Below are positions 16,760-26,626 of a stretch of DNA of 54,281 nt, piece after piece. Numbering within the stretch: the stretch's first letter is position 1; the number at the start of each line of letters is the position of its first letter. A program made the translations under genes and the position numbers. This DNA comes from an uncultured Candidatus Saccharibacteria bacterium (GTDB lineage: Bacteria; Patescibacteriota; Minisyncoccia; Ryanbacterales; HO2-45-13), in the NCBI GenBank assembly GCA_964354975.1, contig CAYHBS010000001.1, forward strand, positions 1-54,281, read 5' to 3'. The notes beneath the pieces were generated by a model. That model was not told where the DNA came from. It did no database searches and worked only from the letters and a program-made list of their open reading frames with translations.

Positions 16760-18201
16760 GAGGCAAGTTTTTTTAGCGCTTCGTCAATTCTTCTCAACGC
16801 CTCCGTTTTGGAAAGCACCGAGAGAAGTTCAAATGGACTCGGAGACCCACGCATCCCTGAAAGCGCGACACGCAAAGGCCACAGTGTATTCCCTTTTCCA
16901 TGAATTTCTGCAAACGGCAGTAATACCTTCTCCCAGTCCGCTGGAGCGCCGTGGTGTACGCTCGCAGCACCAATGTGACCGCGCAGCTGTGAAAGAATGG
17001 AGCGCGCTTCCTCAATAGGTTGCGATCCCTTCCATAAGAGAAGTGATGCGTCGTACGTAGGTAATGAAAATAAATATGTAGCTTGTGTGATGTCGTTCAG
17101 TTTTTTCATGCGCGGGCGTTCGATTGCGATCATACGTTCTAAATGTTCGGCTGTCGCTTGTGAACCATCAATAAATTGATACTCGGGATGTGGCGTCATT
17201 GCATCGGAAAATGGATCTGGTGTACGCTCCCAATGCTCCTTGATCAATCCGTCGTGCACAAGTCGCGGAATGAGCTCCCGCGTGAGCTCATGAATGGGCA
17301 TCCGAGCAATGTACTTTGCATTCATCCACTGTAATTTTTCCATATCAAATATGCCCCCGCCTTTTTGTACGCGCTCAAGTTTGAATTCTTTAACGAGTGT
17401 GTCGCGATCCATAATTTCAATATCGGAATCAGGGTGCCACCCAATGAGTGCGAGAAAATTAAACAGCGCATCGGGTGTGTACCCCTCTTGCTTATAGTCG
17501 ATTACCGGTGTTGCACCGTGACGCTTTGAGAGTTTAGAACGATCAGAGCCAAGAATGAGTGGTAAATGCGCCCACAGAGGAATTGTCGCCCCGAGTGCAC
17601 TTCCAATTAATATCTGCTTTGGCACGTTGGTGATGTGATCTTCTCCTCGTATCACGTGAGAAATTTCCATCTCCGCATCATCCACCACGTTCGCCAGAAG
17701 AAATAACGGACGCGTGGGAGATACCGCAATAGCAAAATCCCCTATCGTCTCCGGTGTGGTGCGAATTTCTCCGCGAATCACATCCGTAAATACAATCGGA
17801 TCCACCGCGTCATTACGAAAACGAATAATCCCCTCCGTAAGATTTTTATCTCTGTCATCGCACACATGTGGAACTCCGGGCGGTCCACTGCGTGATGGGT
17901 GCGAACAATAAAACGCGCGCCCCGTGCCAAGTAACCTGCGAATTGCCTCTTCGTACAGTGCAGTGCGATCACTTTGATACACAAGTCCATCAAATGGAAT
18001 GCCCAGCCAATCAAGACCTGCGCGAATATCCTCGACAAATTCTTTTTTTGATCGTTCGGTATCAGTATCTTCGATGCGTAACAGCAATGGCGCACGAAAT
18101 TGCTGCGCAAATAAATAATTATAAATGGCGGTGCGCGCGGTCCCTACATGCAACGCGCCCGTAGGAGACGGAGCAACACGTAATCTCGTGGCGCGCGGCA
18201 T
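16756..18201 (-). CDS. gltX: Glutamate--tRNA ligase
   Basis: RVAPSPTGALHVG, RIEDTD, SHVIRGEDH, KLSKR. Start placed at MPRATR. Confidence 0.95.
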   Translation of the reverse strand: MPRATRLRVAPSPTGALHVGTARTAIYNYLFAQQFRAPLLLRIEDTDTERSKKEFVEDIRAGLDWLGIPFDGLVYQSDRTALYEEAIRRLLGTGRAFYCSHPSRSGPPGVPHVCDDRDKNLTEGIIRFRNDAVDPIVFTDVIRGEIRTTPETIGDFAIAVSPTRPLFLLANVVDDAEMEISHVIRGEDHITNVPKQILIGSALGATIPLWAHLPLILGSDRSKLSKRHGATPVIDYKQEGYTPDALFNFLALIGWHPDSDIEIMDRDTLVKEFKLERVQKGGGIFDMEKLQWMNAKYIARMPIHELTRELIPRLVHDGLIKEHWERTPDPFSDAMTPHPEYQFIDGSQATAEHLERMIAIERPRMKKLNDITQATYLFSLPTYDASLLLWKGSQPIEEARSILSQLRGHIGAASVHHGAPADWEKVLLPFAEIHGKGNTLWPLRVALSGMRGSPSPFELLSVLSKTEALRRIDEALKKLAS

Positions 18202-18202
18202 A

Positions 18203-19333
18203 TCAATCGTGGCGCGCCATTGAAAGTAATTCACGAGCAATCGTGACCGCCGCGTCCGAGCGTGAAAATGCGCGCGCCGCGTTCTGCATCCGCGCGGCAA
18301 CGTCCTCTGTATCGAGCATATATTCCACGCGAGATGCGAGCACATTTGGCGTGCAATTCTGTTGTTCAAGGACTTCAGCAGCTCCTATGCGCGCATATGC
18401 GTATGCATTCAGCCGCTGGTGATCTTGTGCCGACTCTGGTAGTGGAATAAGAATTGCAGGCACACCCCACGATGCAATTTCCGCGATGGTACCAGCGCCC
18501 GCACGCGCAATCACAATACGCGCGACCGCACCGAGATCACGGAGTTCTTCTTCGGAAAAAAATCCTTTTGGTACATATGTGCCAGCAATGGTTGAGACCT
18601 GATCACGATTGAGAAGCGAGACTTCGTCCTTTACTAATTGCTCGTGCGTTTCTCCGGTTTGATGAATGATATGCACGCGCGTACGAAGCCTCGGTAGTGC
18701 GGAGATAATAAGATCATTTAACGCTTCCGCTCCTTGCGAGCCTCCGAGCACAATAAGCACCGGTAATATATCCGTGAGGCCAAATCGGGCGAGGGCGGCC
18801 GTCGTGATACCCCCGAAGAGTTCCCGGCGCACGGGATGTCCGGTTACGGCAGTACGCTCCGCAGGAAGATGTGCTGCCGCTTCAGAAAAATTAATGGCGA
18901 TACGATCCGCAAATTTTGCCGCGTACATCGTGACACGCCCCGGCGTAGCGTCCGCCTCGTAAATGAGGGTCGGGATGCGAAACAGATGTGCCGCAACAAG
19001 CACCGGAAATGCCTCATGTCCGCCCGTTGAAAACACCGCATCGGGAGGATCCACGAAGAACTTCCATATTGCACCGATAATACCAAAGAGTGTTTTAAAT
19101 GGATCAATGAGATTTTGAAACGAAACATACCTCCGTATCTTTCCAGAGCGTACCATCGAAAATTGAATACCCGCATTCGCAAGCGCCCCTGCGTCGTATG
19201 GATCAGATGACATATATATCATCCGCAGATTCATCTGACGAACCTCATCCGCCGCGGTCGGAAGCGAGCGCCCTACCGCCAGGATAGGATAGAAATGTCC
19301 ACCTGTTCCTCCTCCGGTGAGTACAATCTTCAT
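18203..19333 (-). CDS. murG: MurG glycosyltransferase
   Basis: GGGTGGHFYP, GGSQGA, RAGAGT, DHQRLNA. Confidence 0.95.
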   Translation of the reverse strand: MKIVLTGGGTGGHFYPILAVGRSLPTAADEVRQMNLRMIYMSSDPYDAGALANAGIQFSMVRSGKIRRYVSFQNLIDPFKTLFGIIGAIWKFFVDPPDAVFSTGGHEAFPVLVAAHLFRIPTLIYEADATPGRVTMYAAKFADRIAINFSEAAAHLPAERTAVTGHPVRRELFGGITTAALARFGLTDILPVLIVLGGSQGAEALNDLIISALPRLRTRVHIIHQTGETHEQLVKDEVSLLNRDQVSTIAGTYVPKGFFSEEELRDLGAVARIVIARAGAGTIAEIASWGVPAILIPLPESAQDHQRLNAYAYARIGAAEVLEQQNCTPNVLASRVEYMLDTEDVAARMQNAARAFSRSDAAVTIARELLSMARHD

Positions 19334-20433
19334 GATCGATGTCGAGAAATATTGAGAATAATTCCAGTGCTTGCAAGCGCGCTGACCATCGCAGTGCGAC
19401 CGTAACTAATAAATGGCAGCGGAGTTCCGGTCACTGGCATCAGTCCAATGAACGCCGCAATGTTGGTACAAGTCTGAATAAAGAGCACAAGCATGATTCC
19501 AGTTGCAAGAAGTCTCCCGAATCCATCGGGCGCCCGTGCTGCTATTACAATACCACGCAGAAAGAAAAACGCGAAGCAGGATAATAGTATTATACTTCCA
19601 ACAAATCCAAGTTCTTCAGAAAAAATGGCAAAAATCGAGTCTCCCACTGGTTCAGGAAGGCGCGATATTTTTTGCGTCGAATTACCAAATCCTTTTCCAA
19701 AAATTCCTCCCGATCCAACCGCGATGAGCGACTGGCGAATTTGATACCCCTTTCCTTGTGGATCCAACTCCGGATTGAGAAACACCATAATACGATCAAC
19801 GTTATACCCCGTCATCCACATAAAGAGCAAAACCGTGCTCACACCAACGGCAATGCCGCCAATAATTTGCATCGTGCGTCCACCGCCGACAAAAAACATG
19901 CCGAGCGACGCACCGCCAAGAATTATCAGTGCAGAAATATTTGGCTGCAAAAGTAAAAATATTCCCACAAATCCTGTAAGCACTGCAAATGGAACAAACC
20001 CATCTGCAAACGAGCGCACGTGCTTCCGTTTTGCGTCTAGCCACGCGGCAAGATAAATAAGAAATGTAATCTTCACCACCTCTGCCGGTTGAAATTGTAT
20101 GGGACCCACATTAATCCACCGCTGAGCCCCCTTTTGGTAGGACTCGCCAATACCAGGAAGAAACACCGCAACGAGCAATGCGACACTTACGATAAGCATC
20201 GGAAGAGCGAACTTTCTCCACGTACGATATGAAATACGCGATAGAAACAGCATCGCAAGAAGCCCAAGCGCGATACCGGATAGCTGACGGGAAACAAGAA
20301 AATACGGTGAATTAAATTTCACCGTTGAAAGTCCAAACGATGCGGATGTCAAAATAAAAAGACCCGCAACGAGCAAAATACCTACCGCCCACAGCATGCC
20401 ACGATCAACACGCTGGACGCCTCGTCTCGCCAT
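19330..20433 (-). CDS. ftsW: SEDS peptidoglycan polymerase FtsW
   Basis: GAQRWI, FQPAE, GYQ, DSIFAI..EELG, TGTPLPFISYG; located in the dcw cluster. Confidence 0.92.
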   Translation of the reverse strand: MARRGVQRVDRGMLWAVGILLVAGLFILTSASFGLSTVKFNSPYFLVSRQLSGIALGLLAMLFLSRISYRTWRKFALPMLIVSVALLVAVFLPGIGESYQKGAQRWINVGPIQFQPAEVVKITFLIYLAAWLDAKRKHVRSFADGFVPFAVLTGFVGIFLLLQPNISALIILGGASLGMFFVGGGRTMQIIGGIAVGVSTVLLFMWMTGYNVDRIMVFLNPELDPQGKGYQIRQSLIAVGSGGIFGKGFGNSTQKISRLPEPVGDSIFAIFSEELGFVGSIILLSCFAFFFLRGIVIAARAPDGFGRLLATGIMLVLFIQTCTNIAAFIGLMPVTGTPLPFISYGRTAMVSALASTGIILNISRHRS

Positions 20434-20435
20434 AA

Positions 20436-21794
20436 TTAGTAGTGTACCATGGCACGCTCAAACCGATCTCCCCTATCGAACTCGTTTAAAAACATGTTAA
20501 AACTTGCGCATCCCGGCGTAAGAATGATGTAGTCCCCTTTGCGCGCGTGTCGCGCCGCATCAGCCACTGCAGATCGCATTGATTTGTGGACACGAATAGT
20601 GTTTGGCAAATATACACTAAGTCGCACCGTAAATGAACCGTCAAGAAGCACCATATGTTTCGTATACGCCTGTAACACACTGGCAAGCGCCTTAATTTCA
20701 GTCTCTCGCAGCGCTTTGTCGTGGCCGCCAACAATGGGTATGATGTGCGCCCTTCCAAAGTGGTGAGCGGCAGATCGAATGGTATCGATGGCGGCGATCG
20801 GCGCCGTTGCCGTAGTGTCATTAATGCAATGCACACCTGTACGAGTTGTATAAATCTGTTCGCGCCTACCCACCGCACCACGAAATGTGTGTATCCGGTC
20901 CACAATTCGCGCGTCACTCATCCCAAATGTCTTACACACCGTATAGGCAGCGGATACTGAATTTGGATGTATGGACCACGCAATATTTCCCAGAGCTCTT
21001 GGGGGTATTTCAGAAAACCGGCGAACGGTGGACGCGGTAAATATAAAATCATGACCGCGCGTGAGCACGGTTGGGAGCACGGCGATATCGCCCCTTATTT
21101 GGTATCGAAATAAGTTCCCTTTCGCTTTTGTATAAGCTCGCATCGTACCATGCCGACTAATGTGATCCCCGGCAAGCGTAGTCAGCACCGCAATATGAGG
21201 ACTCGACGAAGCAAGTTCTAAATCATAGCTTGAACATTCTGCAACAACATAATCGGGAACGCGTCGCGCATGAAATATATCAAGAAATGAAGTGCCGGGA
21301 ATTCCAAGCGCGATTGTTCGAAATTGTTTTTTTAATATGTGAGCGATCAGCAGCGCGGCCGTAGTCTTTCCTTTTGTACCTGTGATACCAATGACGCGCC
21401 GAGGATCAAACGTAGTGAGCAATAAATCAAAATCGTTGGTGAGAAATTTCCCTGATTTCTTTGCTGCAATAATAAATGGGTGTGTCATTGGAATTCCAGG
21501 ATTTTTTACAACAACATCAATATCACGCAGCAATCTCAATGGAACATTTCCAAATTTCCAATCAATATATGTACTTCCGAGCTCACGCATGAGTGGTGCA
21601 AATACTGATTTTGGTTTTTCGTCCACCGCAGTACAGTGCCAGCCCAGCGCATGAAAAAAACGCAGCACGCCGGCTCCGCCGCCATGCATTCCTATTCCAA
21701 AAACGAGTATGCGAGGTTTATTGCTGGGATGAACGGAGAACCTTGCCCGCAAGCGTTCCTCGATACGTACTTTGTTCAACTGCGATATTTCCAT
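20436..21794 (-). CDS. murD: UDP-MurNAc-L-Ala--D-glutamate ligase
   Basis: KNPGIP, GITGTKGKTT, NDTTAT, GGHDK, PGCASFNMFLNEFDRG. The start is uncertain because it overlaps the upstream gene by 77 nt. Confidence 0.9.
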   Translation of the reverse strand: MEISQLNKVRIEERLRARFSVHPSNKPRILVFGIGMHGGGAGVLRFFHALGWHCTAVDEKPKSVFAPLMRELGSTYIDWKFGNVPLRLLRDIDVVVKNPGIPMTHPFIIAAKKSGKFLTNDFDLLLTTFDPRRVIGITGTKGKTTAALLIAHILKKQFRTIALGIPGTSFLDIFHARRVPDYVVAECSSYDLELASSSPHIAVLTTLAGDHISRHGTMRAYTKAKGNLFRYQIRGDIAVLPTVLTRGHDFIFTASTVRRFSEIPPRALGNIAWSIHPNSVSAAYTVCKTFGMSDARIVDRIHTFRGAVGRREQIYTTRTGVHCINDTTATAPIAAIDTIRSAAHHFGRAHIIPIVGGHDKALRETEIKALASVLQAYTKHMVLLDGSFTVRLSVYLPNTIRVHKSMRSAVADAARHARKGDYIILTPGCASFNMFLNEFDRGDRFERAMVHY

Positions 21795-23304
21795 TGATGA
21801 TGACCCATTCTATTCCTGTTGGATACCGATACGGATTTTCGTATGTTGCGTTATCGCGAATACGTGAGGGATCAAAGACCACAATATCAGCATATGTATC
21901 TTTTGCAATGCGGCCGCGGTCTTTGATGCCAACTTTGTCCGCAGGTCCCATTGTTAATTTTTGCACTACCTCGGTAAGAGCAATTTCACCTTTACTATCT
22001 TTTGCAAATGAAAGTGCGGTTGGCACCGTTCCATACGAGCGCGGATGTACAAGATTCCCCGTCGAAGAAAGATGCCCTTGCTCTGCCTTTCCAATACCGT
22101 CGGATGAAATAAATGTGTAGGGCTCCTTCAGTAGCAATCTCAAGTGGTCATCCTTAAGCGTGTGCCCGAATATCACCACAGAAAGTTCGTTGATAAGGAG
22201 CACATTGAGTAGCGCTTCCTCCGGAGGAAGGCCAATAGCGAGCGCCGCGTCTGCAAGTGTTTTGCCGACAAGTCCCGTTTTACGCAATGTGGATGCGAAT
22301 GTAACACGATCATAATGCAGCGTCAGTGCCTTGAGATCATTGAGAATAATACGCTTTTTTTCCGGATCTCTTAGGCGTTGCATAATTGCGTCTTTTCCTC
22401 CTTCTTTTGCCCATTGCGGAAGCATCGTGTAGAGCAGCGATCCGGTGCGATTATATGGAAAAAAATCCGCGTGAATGTTCAGGCCATCAGTGCGCGCGCG
22501 CCGCAGAAGATCAAGCGCAACTGAAAAATCTTCCCAGGCACTTTGTCCAATTGCTTTGAGGTGCCCAATTTCGATATTTGCTCCCGAGGTACGCGCAATA
22601 TCTACCACTTCATTAATTGATGGAACTAAGTGTTTTCCTTCATCCCGGAGATGGAACGCTGCAAGCGCTCCATACGCACGAGCCGATGTTGCGAGCTCCT
22701 CCATTTCATGCAGCGTGATTGTTTCTGCGTTATCAAACGCAAGTCCAAAAGAAATTCCAAACGCGCCATCACGAAATGCTGTGCCAATAACGCCCTGCAT
22801 TTCTTTAATATGCTCCTCGGAAACTTTTTTTGTGTTTGTTCGGAGTGTCCCCGAACGAAGCGTCATATGACCAACAAGCGTTCCGTAGTTCACGCCTGTT
22901 GGGCGTGACGCGATAAATTTGAGATATTCATCAACGGTTTGCCAATTGATATTCAGGCGAGAAATATCTACCCATTGACGGAGACTTTCAAGCGCCTTCG
23001 GACTTACGATGGGCGCAAGCGATGATCCACAACTCCCACCAATAATGGTCGTAATACCTTGCCGAAGCAGACTTTCCTGTGATGGCTCGTCGAACAGTGT
23101 CCAGTGCGTGTCGGAATGATTCAAAATATCAACAGCTCCCGGCATCACGGCAAGACCATGGGCATCAATAATCCGCGTTTCTTTTGCAGAAGAAAGTTCT
23201 CCGAGAGCGGCGATGCGGTCTCCCACAATACCAACATCCATCGGTTTTGGCTCCGCTCCAGATCCGTCGTATACTGTTCCGCCCTTAATGATGATGTCGT
23301 ACAT
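21718..23304 (-). CDS. N-acyl-D-amino-acid deacylase (D-aminoacylase) family amidohydrolase
   Basis: YDIIIKGGTVYDGSG, QGITTIIGGSCG, HLRDE, GHLK, SDG, HPRSYGT, ADIVVFDP. Confidence 0.88.
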   Translation of the reverse strand: MYDIIIKGGTVYDGSGAEPKPMDVGIVGDRIAALGELSSAKETRIIDAHGLAVMPGAVDILNHSDTHWTLFDEPSQESLLRQGITTIIGGSCGSSLAPIVSPKALESLRQWVDISRLNINWQTVDEYLKFIASRPTGVNYGTLVGHMTLRSGTLRTNTKKVSEEHIKEMQGVIGTAFRDGAFGISFGLAFDNAETITLHEMEELATSARAYGALAAFHLRDEGKHLVPSINEVVDIARTSGANIEIGHLKAIGQSAWEDFSVALDLLRRARTDGLNIHADFFPYNRTGSLLYTMLPQWAKEGGKDAIMQRLRDPEKKRIILNDLKALTLHYDRVTFASTLRKTGLVGKTLADAALAIGLPPEEALLNVLLINELSVVIFGHTLKDDHLRLLLKEPYTFISSDGIGKAEQGHLSSTGNLVHPRSYGTVPTALSFAKDSKGEIALTEVVQKLTMGPADKVGIKDRGRIAKDTYADIVVFDPSRIRDNATYENPYRYPTGIEWVIINGNIAVEQSTYRGTLAGKVLRSSQQ

Positions 23305-23306
23305 AA

Positions 23307-24383
23307 TTATCCAACAAGCATGATAACCATACCGATAATTGCAACCACCGCGCTCACCACCCAATATCTCATCGTCACTTGCGACTGCGTCCATCCAAGC
23401 GCTTCAAAATGGTGGTGCAATGGAGCGGCAAGAAATAGTTTCTTCCCACGATATTTTTTGGATGCGATTTGAAGAATCGCAGATGCCGAAGTTGCAAGTA
23501 ACGGAAGCGCAATAATTGGAAGCACCGCAACTGCGTCAGTGAGCACCGCGACAACGGTGAGTGTTGTCGTAAGTCCTAGTATACCAGTTTCTCCCATATA
23601 AAACGCGGCAGGTGGAATATTGAACCATAAAAAGGCCAGGAGCGCCCCAACCATCACCGAAAGCATTGCCGCAATATCGTATTGTGTCTGAAAAAACGCA
23701 ATACCCATATATGCACCAAATGCAGATGTCAACACCCCTCCTGCGAGTCCATCAAGTCCGTCGATAATACCTCCGCTGAACGTTGCAAGCATCACCAGGA
23801 TGAAAAAAGGCACAAACCAAAATCCAAGACGCACTTCACCAAAAAATGGAATTAAAATATCGTCTATGCCGTTTTGACGAAAAAACCACAGCCCTCCAAT
23901 GAGTCCAATCAGTGCGACGAGAACGATACGCTTGCGCAGTGAAATTCCGCCAGCGACATATGTGCCGGACGAGCGAATAAACATAAGGTCATCCACCAGT
24001 CCAATACTACTTGCAATAACCAATGTAAAAAGCGGAAGCCACGTCTGATTGCGGGATAGAAAGTTTAATTTTTCAAGGAGTGGGCTCGTAGTTACTTCCG
24101 CAAGTCCCCAAAACAACAATGTAATCGCGAGTGTCGTTCCCCATATGATAATGCCTCCCATGCGTGGAACATCACGACGTTCATCTTTTCGAAGCGCAGA
24201 TACTACCGTTGCTGTTTCTCCCGTTACTGCTTTTGATCTGCTGCGTTCCGGCCACGCTTTCATCTCATACAGTATTTTACGAAGTGTTGGTGCGATGAGT
24301 ATACCAACAAAAAAAGAAAATGCACCCATACCAAACACTTTAAGCACGTTCAGGATGTCAAATGGGGCGTCGGTAATATTCAT
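23307..24383 (-). CDS. mraY: Phospho-N-acetylmuramoyl-pentapeptide transferase
   Basis: PRMGG, GLVDD, DGLDGL, YMGETG, APLHHHFE. Confidence 0.95.
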   Translation of the reverse strand: MNITDAPFDILNVLKVFGMGAFSFFVGILIAPTLRKILYEMKAWPERSRSKAVTGETATVVSALRKDERRDVPRMGGIIIWGTTLAITLLFWGLAEVTTSPLLEKLNFLSRNQTWLPLFTLVIASSIGLVDDLMFIRSSGTYVAGGISLRKRIVLVALIGLIGGLWFFRQNGIDDILIPFFGEVRLGFWFVPFFILVMLATFSGGIIDGLDGLAGGVLTSAFGAYMGIAFFQTQYDIAAMLSVMVGALLAFLWFNIPPAAFYMGETGILGLTTTLTVVAVLTDAVAVLPIIALPLLATSASAILQIASKKYRGKKLFLAAPLHHHFEALGWTQSQVTMRYWVVSAVVAIIGMVIMLVG

Positions 24384-24393
24384 GTACGGTATT

Positions 24394-25335
24394 TTAGTAT
24401 GCGAGCTGATTTGCACGCAATAATATTTCGGCGTCTTCGATACGTTGAGAAAATTGAGAACCAAGAATAATAATCGCAATTGGACGACCAACCGGAGACT
24501 CCATAAGTATCACCAGCGACTCCTTCGCCTGATCTGTCGTTCCTGTTTTAGATCCAATCACGTTCGTGAGCGATGCAAGTAATGGATTTGTGTGCACCAC
24601 TTCATGAGCTTCCCCATTCGCGCTGATAATCACTGCAATGGGATCGCGCGCAAGTTCCCACACAACAGGCGTGGCGTACGTTGCGCGTGCAAACGCAAAG
24701 AGATCTCGGGCGGATGAATAATTACTTGCGGCTTCTCCCGTATCGAGTCCGGTGATATTTTGAAAAAATGTATGGTCCAAATGCATTTCGGCAATCCGCG
24801 CGTTCAATATATGTTCAGCGCCCAGCACCGGTGATATCGGGTGCGCGGTGTTCCATGCTTCACGTAACGCCTCCCCAATTGCAGCCGCGCCATCATTTGA
24901 AGATGAAGTAAGCGTCAGTCGCGCTAAATCTAATAATCGAAATTGCTCTCCCACCAGCAACGTCCCTTGATCCCCTTCTTCTGCAACTGCAGCCTCACTT
25001 ATTGTTACCAAGGATTCAGCATTGAGCGTGGCGAGTGCGGCTTCCACCAAAAACAATTTCGTCAGTGATGCAATGGGAGCGAGACGCTCGGGTGCTCGCG
25101 AAACATACACTTCCCCCGTTGTTAAGTTTCCAATGAGCACGCTTTCGGCAGTGACTTCGTCCGGAATAGTCATCGCCGTGGTCGGTAGCGGGCTTGGGGT
25201 GAGATCAACGAGTGCGGAAAGTGCGAGGGCGGGGCTCGACGCAGGTGCTCCGAAATATTGCGTCAACGCTCCCACGCCTATCAGAAGAAGAAACAGCCCA
25301 TATGGAATAAATTGTTCAAGATTGCGTTTCATCAT
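24394..25335 (-). CDS. D-Ala-D-Ala carboxypeptidase, peptidase S11 family
   Basis: ASLTK (SxxK), SSN (SxN), SKTG; N-terminal TM. Confidence 0.88.
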   Translation of the reverse strand: MMKRNLEQFIPYGLFLLLIGVGALTQYFGAPASSPALALSALVDLTPSPLPTTAMTIPDEVTAESVLIGNLTTGEVYVSRAPERLAPIASLTKLFLVEAALATLNAESLVTISEAAVAEEGDQGTLLVGEQFRLLDLARLTLTSSSNDGAAAIGEALREAWNTAHPISPVLGAEHILNARIAEMHLDHTFFQNITGLDTGEAASNYSSARDLFAFARATYATPVVWELARDPIAVIISANGEAHEVVHTNPLLASLTNVIGSKTGTTDQAKESLVILMESPVGRPIAIIILGSQFSQRIEDAEILLRANQLAY

Positions 25336-25888
25336 GTTCAGTTGCTTCTGCTGCGACAAGTGCCGCGGCGATTTCATCATCTTTTGCGTATGTGAGTGCG
25401 GTAAATCCTGGTAATTCAGATGGTCTCATGACACCAAGGTATCTCAAAAACTCCTCTGATGCGGTGTATATAAATGACCGCGCGTCTTTCGGATTTACTT
25501 TTCTCTCTACAAGCCCACGCGCAAGCAGTGACTGCAACGCATAGGTTGAATTCACCCCACGAATATAATCAATGACACTGCGCGATACCGGGCCTTTATA
25601 GAGCACAATGGTCATGGTCTCGAGTGCAGATTTCGATAAATTACTCTTTAATTCCTCCCCCACAAAATCACTGACTACCGGTGATACGTTTGGGTGCGTT
25701 GCGATTGTTATTTTGGTATCTGCGGCATGTATCTGCAGTCCCAACTGCTCAAGACGCGCAGAGGCGGCAGTACAAACTTCATCAAGCGTCGCCCGCTTTA
25801 CATTCAGCGCGTGTTCGAGACGCGCATGAGTAATGCCTTCGCCTGCGGTAAAAAGTAGTGCTATGAGTTGTTGAATATATTGTTCCAT
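25316..25888 (-). CDS. scpB: SMC complex subunit ScpB
   Basis: LSKSALETMTIVLYKGPVSRSVIDYIRGVNS, FLRYLG. Confidence 0.92.
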   Translation of the reverse strand: MEQYIQQLIALLFTAGEGITHARLEHALNVKRATLDEVCTAASARLEQLGLQIHAADTKITIATHPNVSPVVSDFVGEELKSNLSKSALETMTIVLYKGPVSRSVIDYIRGVNSTYALQSLLARGLVERKVNPKDARSFIYTASEEFLRYLGVMRPSELPGFTALTYAKDDEIAAALVAAEATEHDETQS

Positions 25889-25890
25889 AG

Positions 25891-26625
25891 TTACTGGGTA
25901 TGTTCAGTCGGTGCATGCATCGCAATACGCCCAAACTTTTCTTCCTGATGTGCAGATACCACTCCAACTTTTATAAGTTCGAGGAGCGCAAGAAAACTTA
26001 CGATGATATTCGTATGATCGGTATTCTTCCCCACAAATTCTGCGAATGATCGCGCAAAGCCCCGCTCAATCCGCACGCGCAGTTCCTGTATCTTATCTTC
26101 AAGTGACACAATTTCGCGAACTTTTTTCTCCGGAAGTTGTTCACGACTAGGGATAGCGCCGAGCAGCGCCTCCATAATATCGGGAAGCGATGCGAGGTCA
26201 AAGATACGCGGAGGAATAAATGACTGCACCACTCCAATAAATGGTTCACGAAGATACACCGGACGGGGATGCGCATATCGTTCACCAAGCACGAGTGCGA
26301 GTTCACGCATACGCTGGTACATATTGAGTCGATCTTCAAGATCAGACACATCGCGCTCTTCCTCGGACGAAAGGTGAAATCCGGGTAGGAGCGATTTTGA
26401 CTTAATGAGGATGAGCGTCGCCGCAATACGTAAAAACTCGGACATTTCTCCATACTGCTCCTTCGTTATTCCCGTGGGTGATTTGAGTGCCTCCAGATAC
26501 ATAAAATACCCTTGCGTCACTTCAGCAAGCGATATGGTATTGATGATGAGTTTGCGCTCCGTAATAAGATCGAGGAGCACTCCGAGTGGCCCTTCGTAGG
26601 CGTGCGTACGAACAGTATATGTCAT
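25891..26625 (-). CDS. scpA: SMC complex kleisin ScpA
   Basis: YEGPLGVLLDLI, AATLILIKSKSLLP, FLALLEL. Confidence 0.92.
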   Translation of the reverse strand: MTYTVRTHAYEGPLGVLLDLITERKLIINTISLAEVTQGYFMYLEALKSPTGITKEQYGEMSEFLRIAATLILIKSKSLLPGFHLSSEEERDVSDLEDRLNMYQRMRELALVLGERYAHPRPVYLREPFIGVVQSFIPPRIFDLASLPDIMEALLGAIPSREQLPEKKVREIVSLEDKIQELRVRIERGFARSFAEFVGKNTDHTNIIVSFLALLELIKVGVVSAHQEEKFGRIAMHAPTEHTQ

Positions 26626-26626
26626 A

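Noticed and set aside
16756-18369. Long N-terminal extensions in the ORF track (gltX; also mraY, D-aminoacylase, scpA, rplI, rmuC, cysS)
   Set aside because: Most overlap an upstream gene and all precede the conserved N-terminal motifs, so later starts were chosen.
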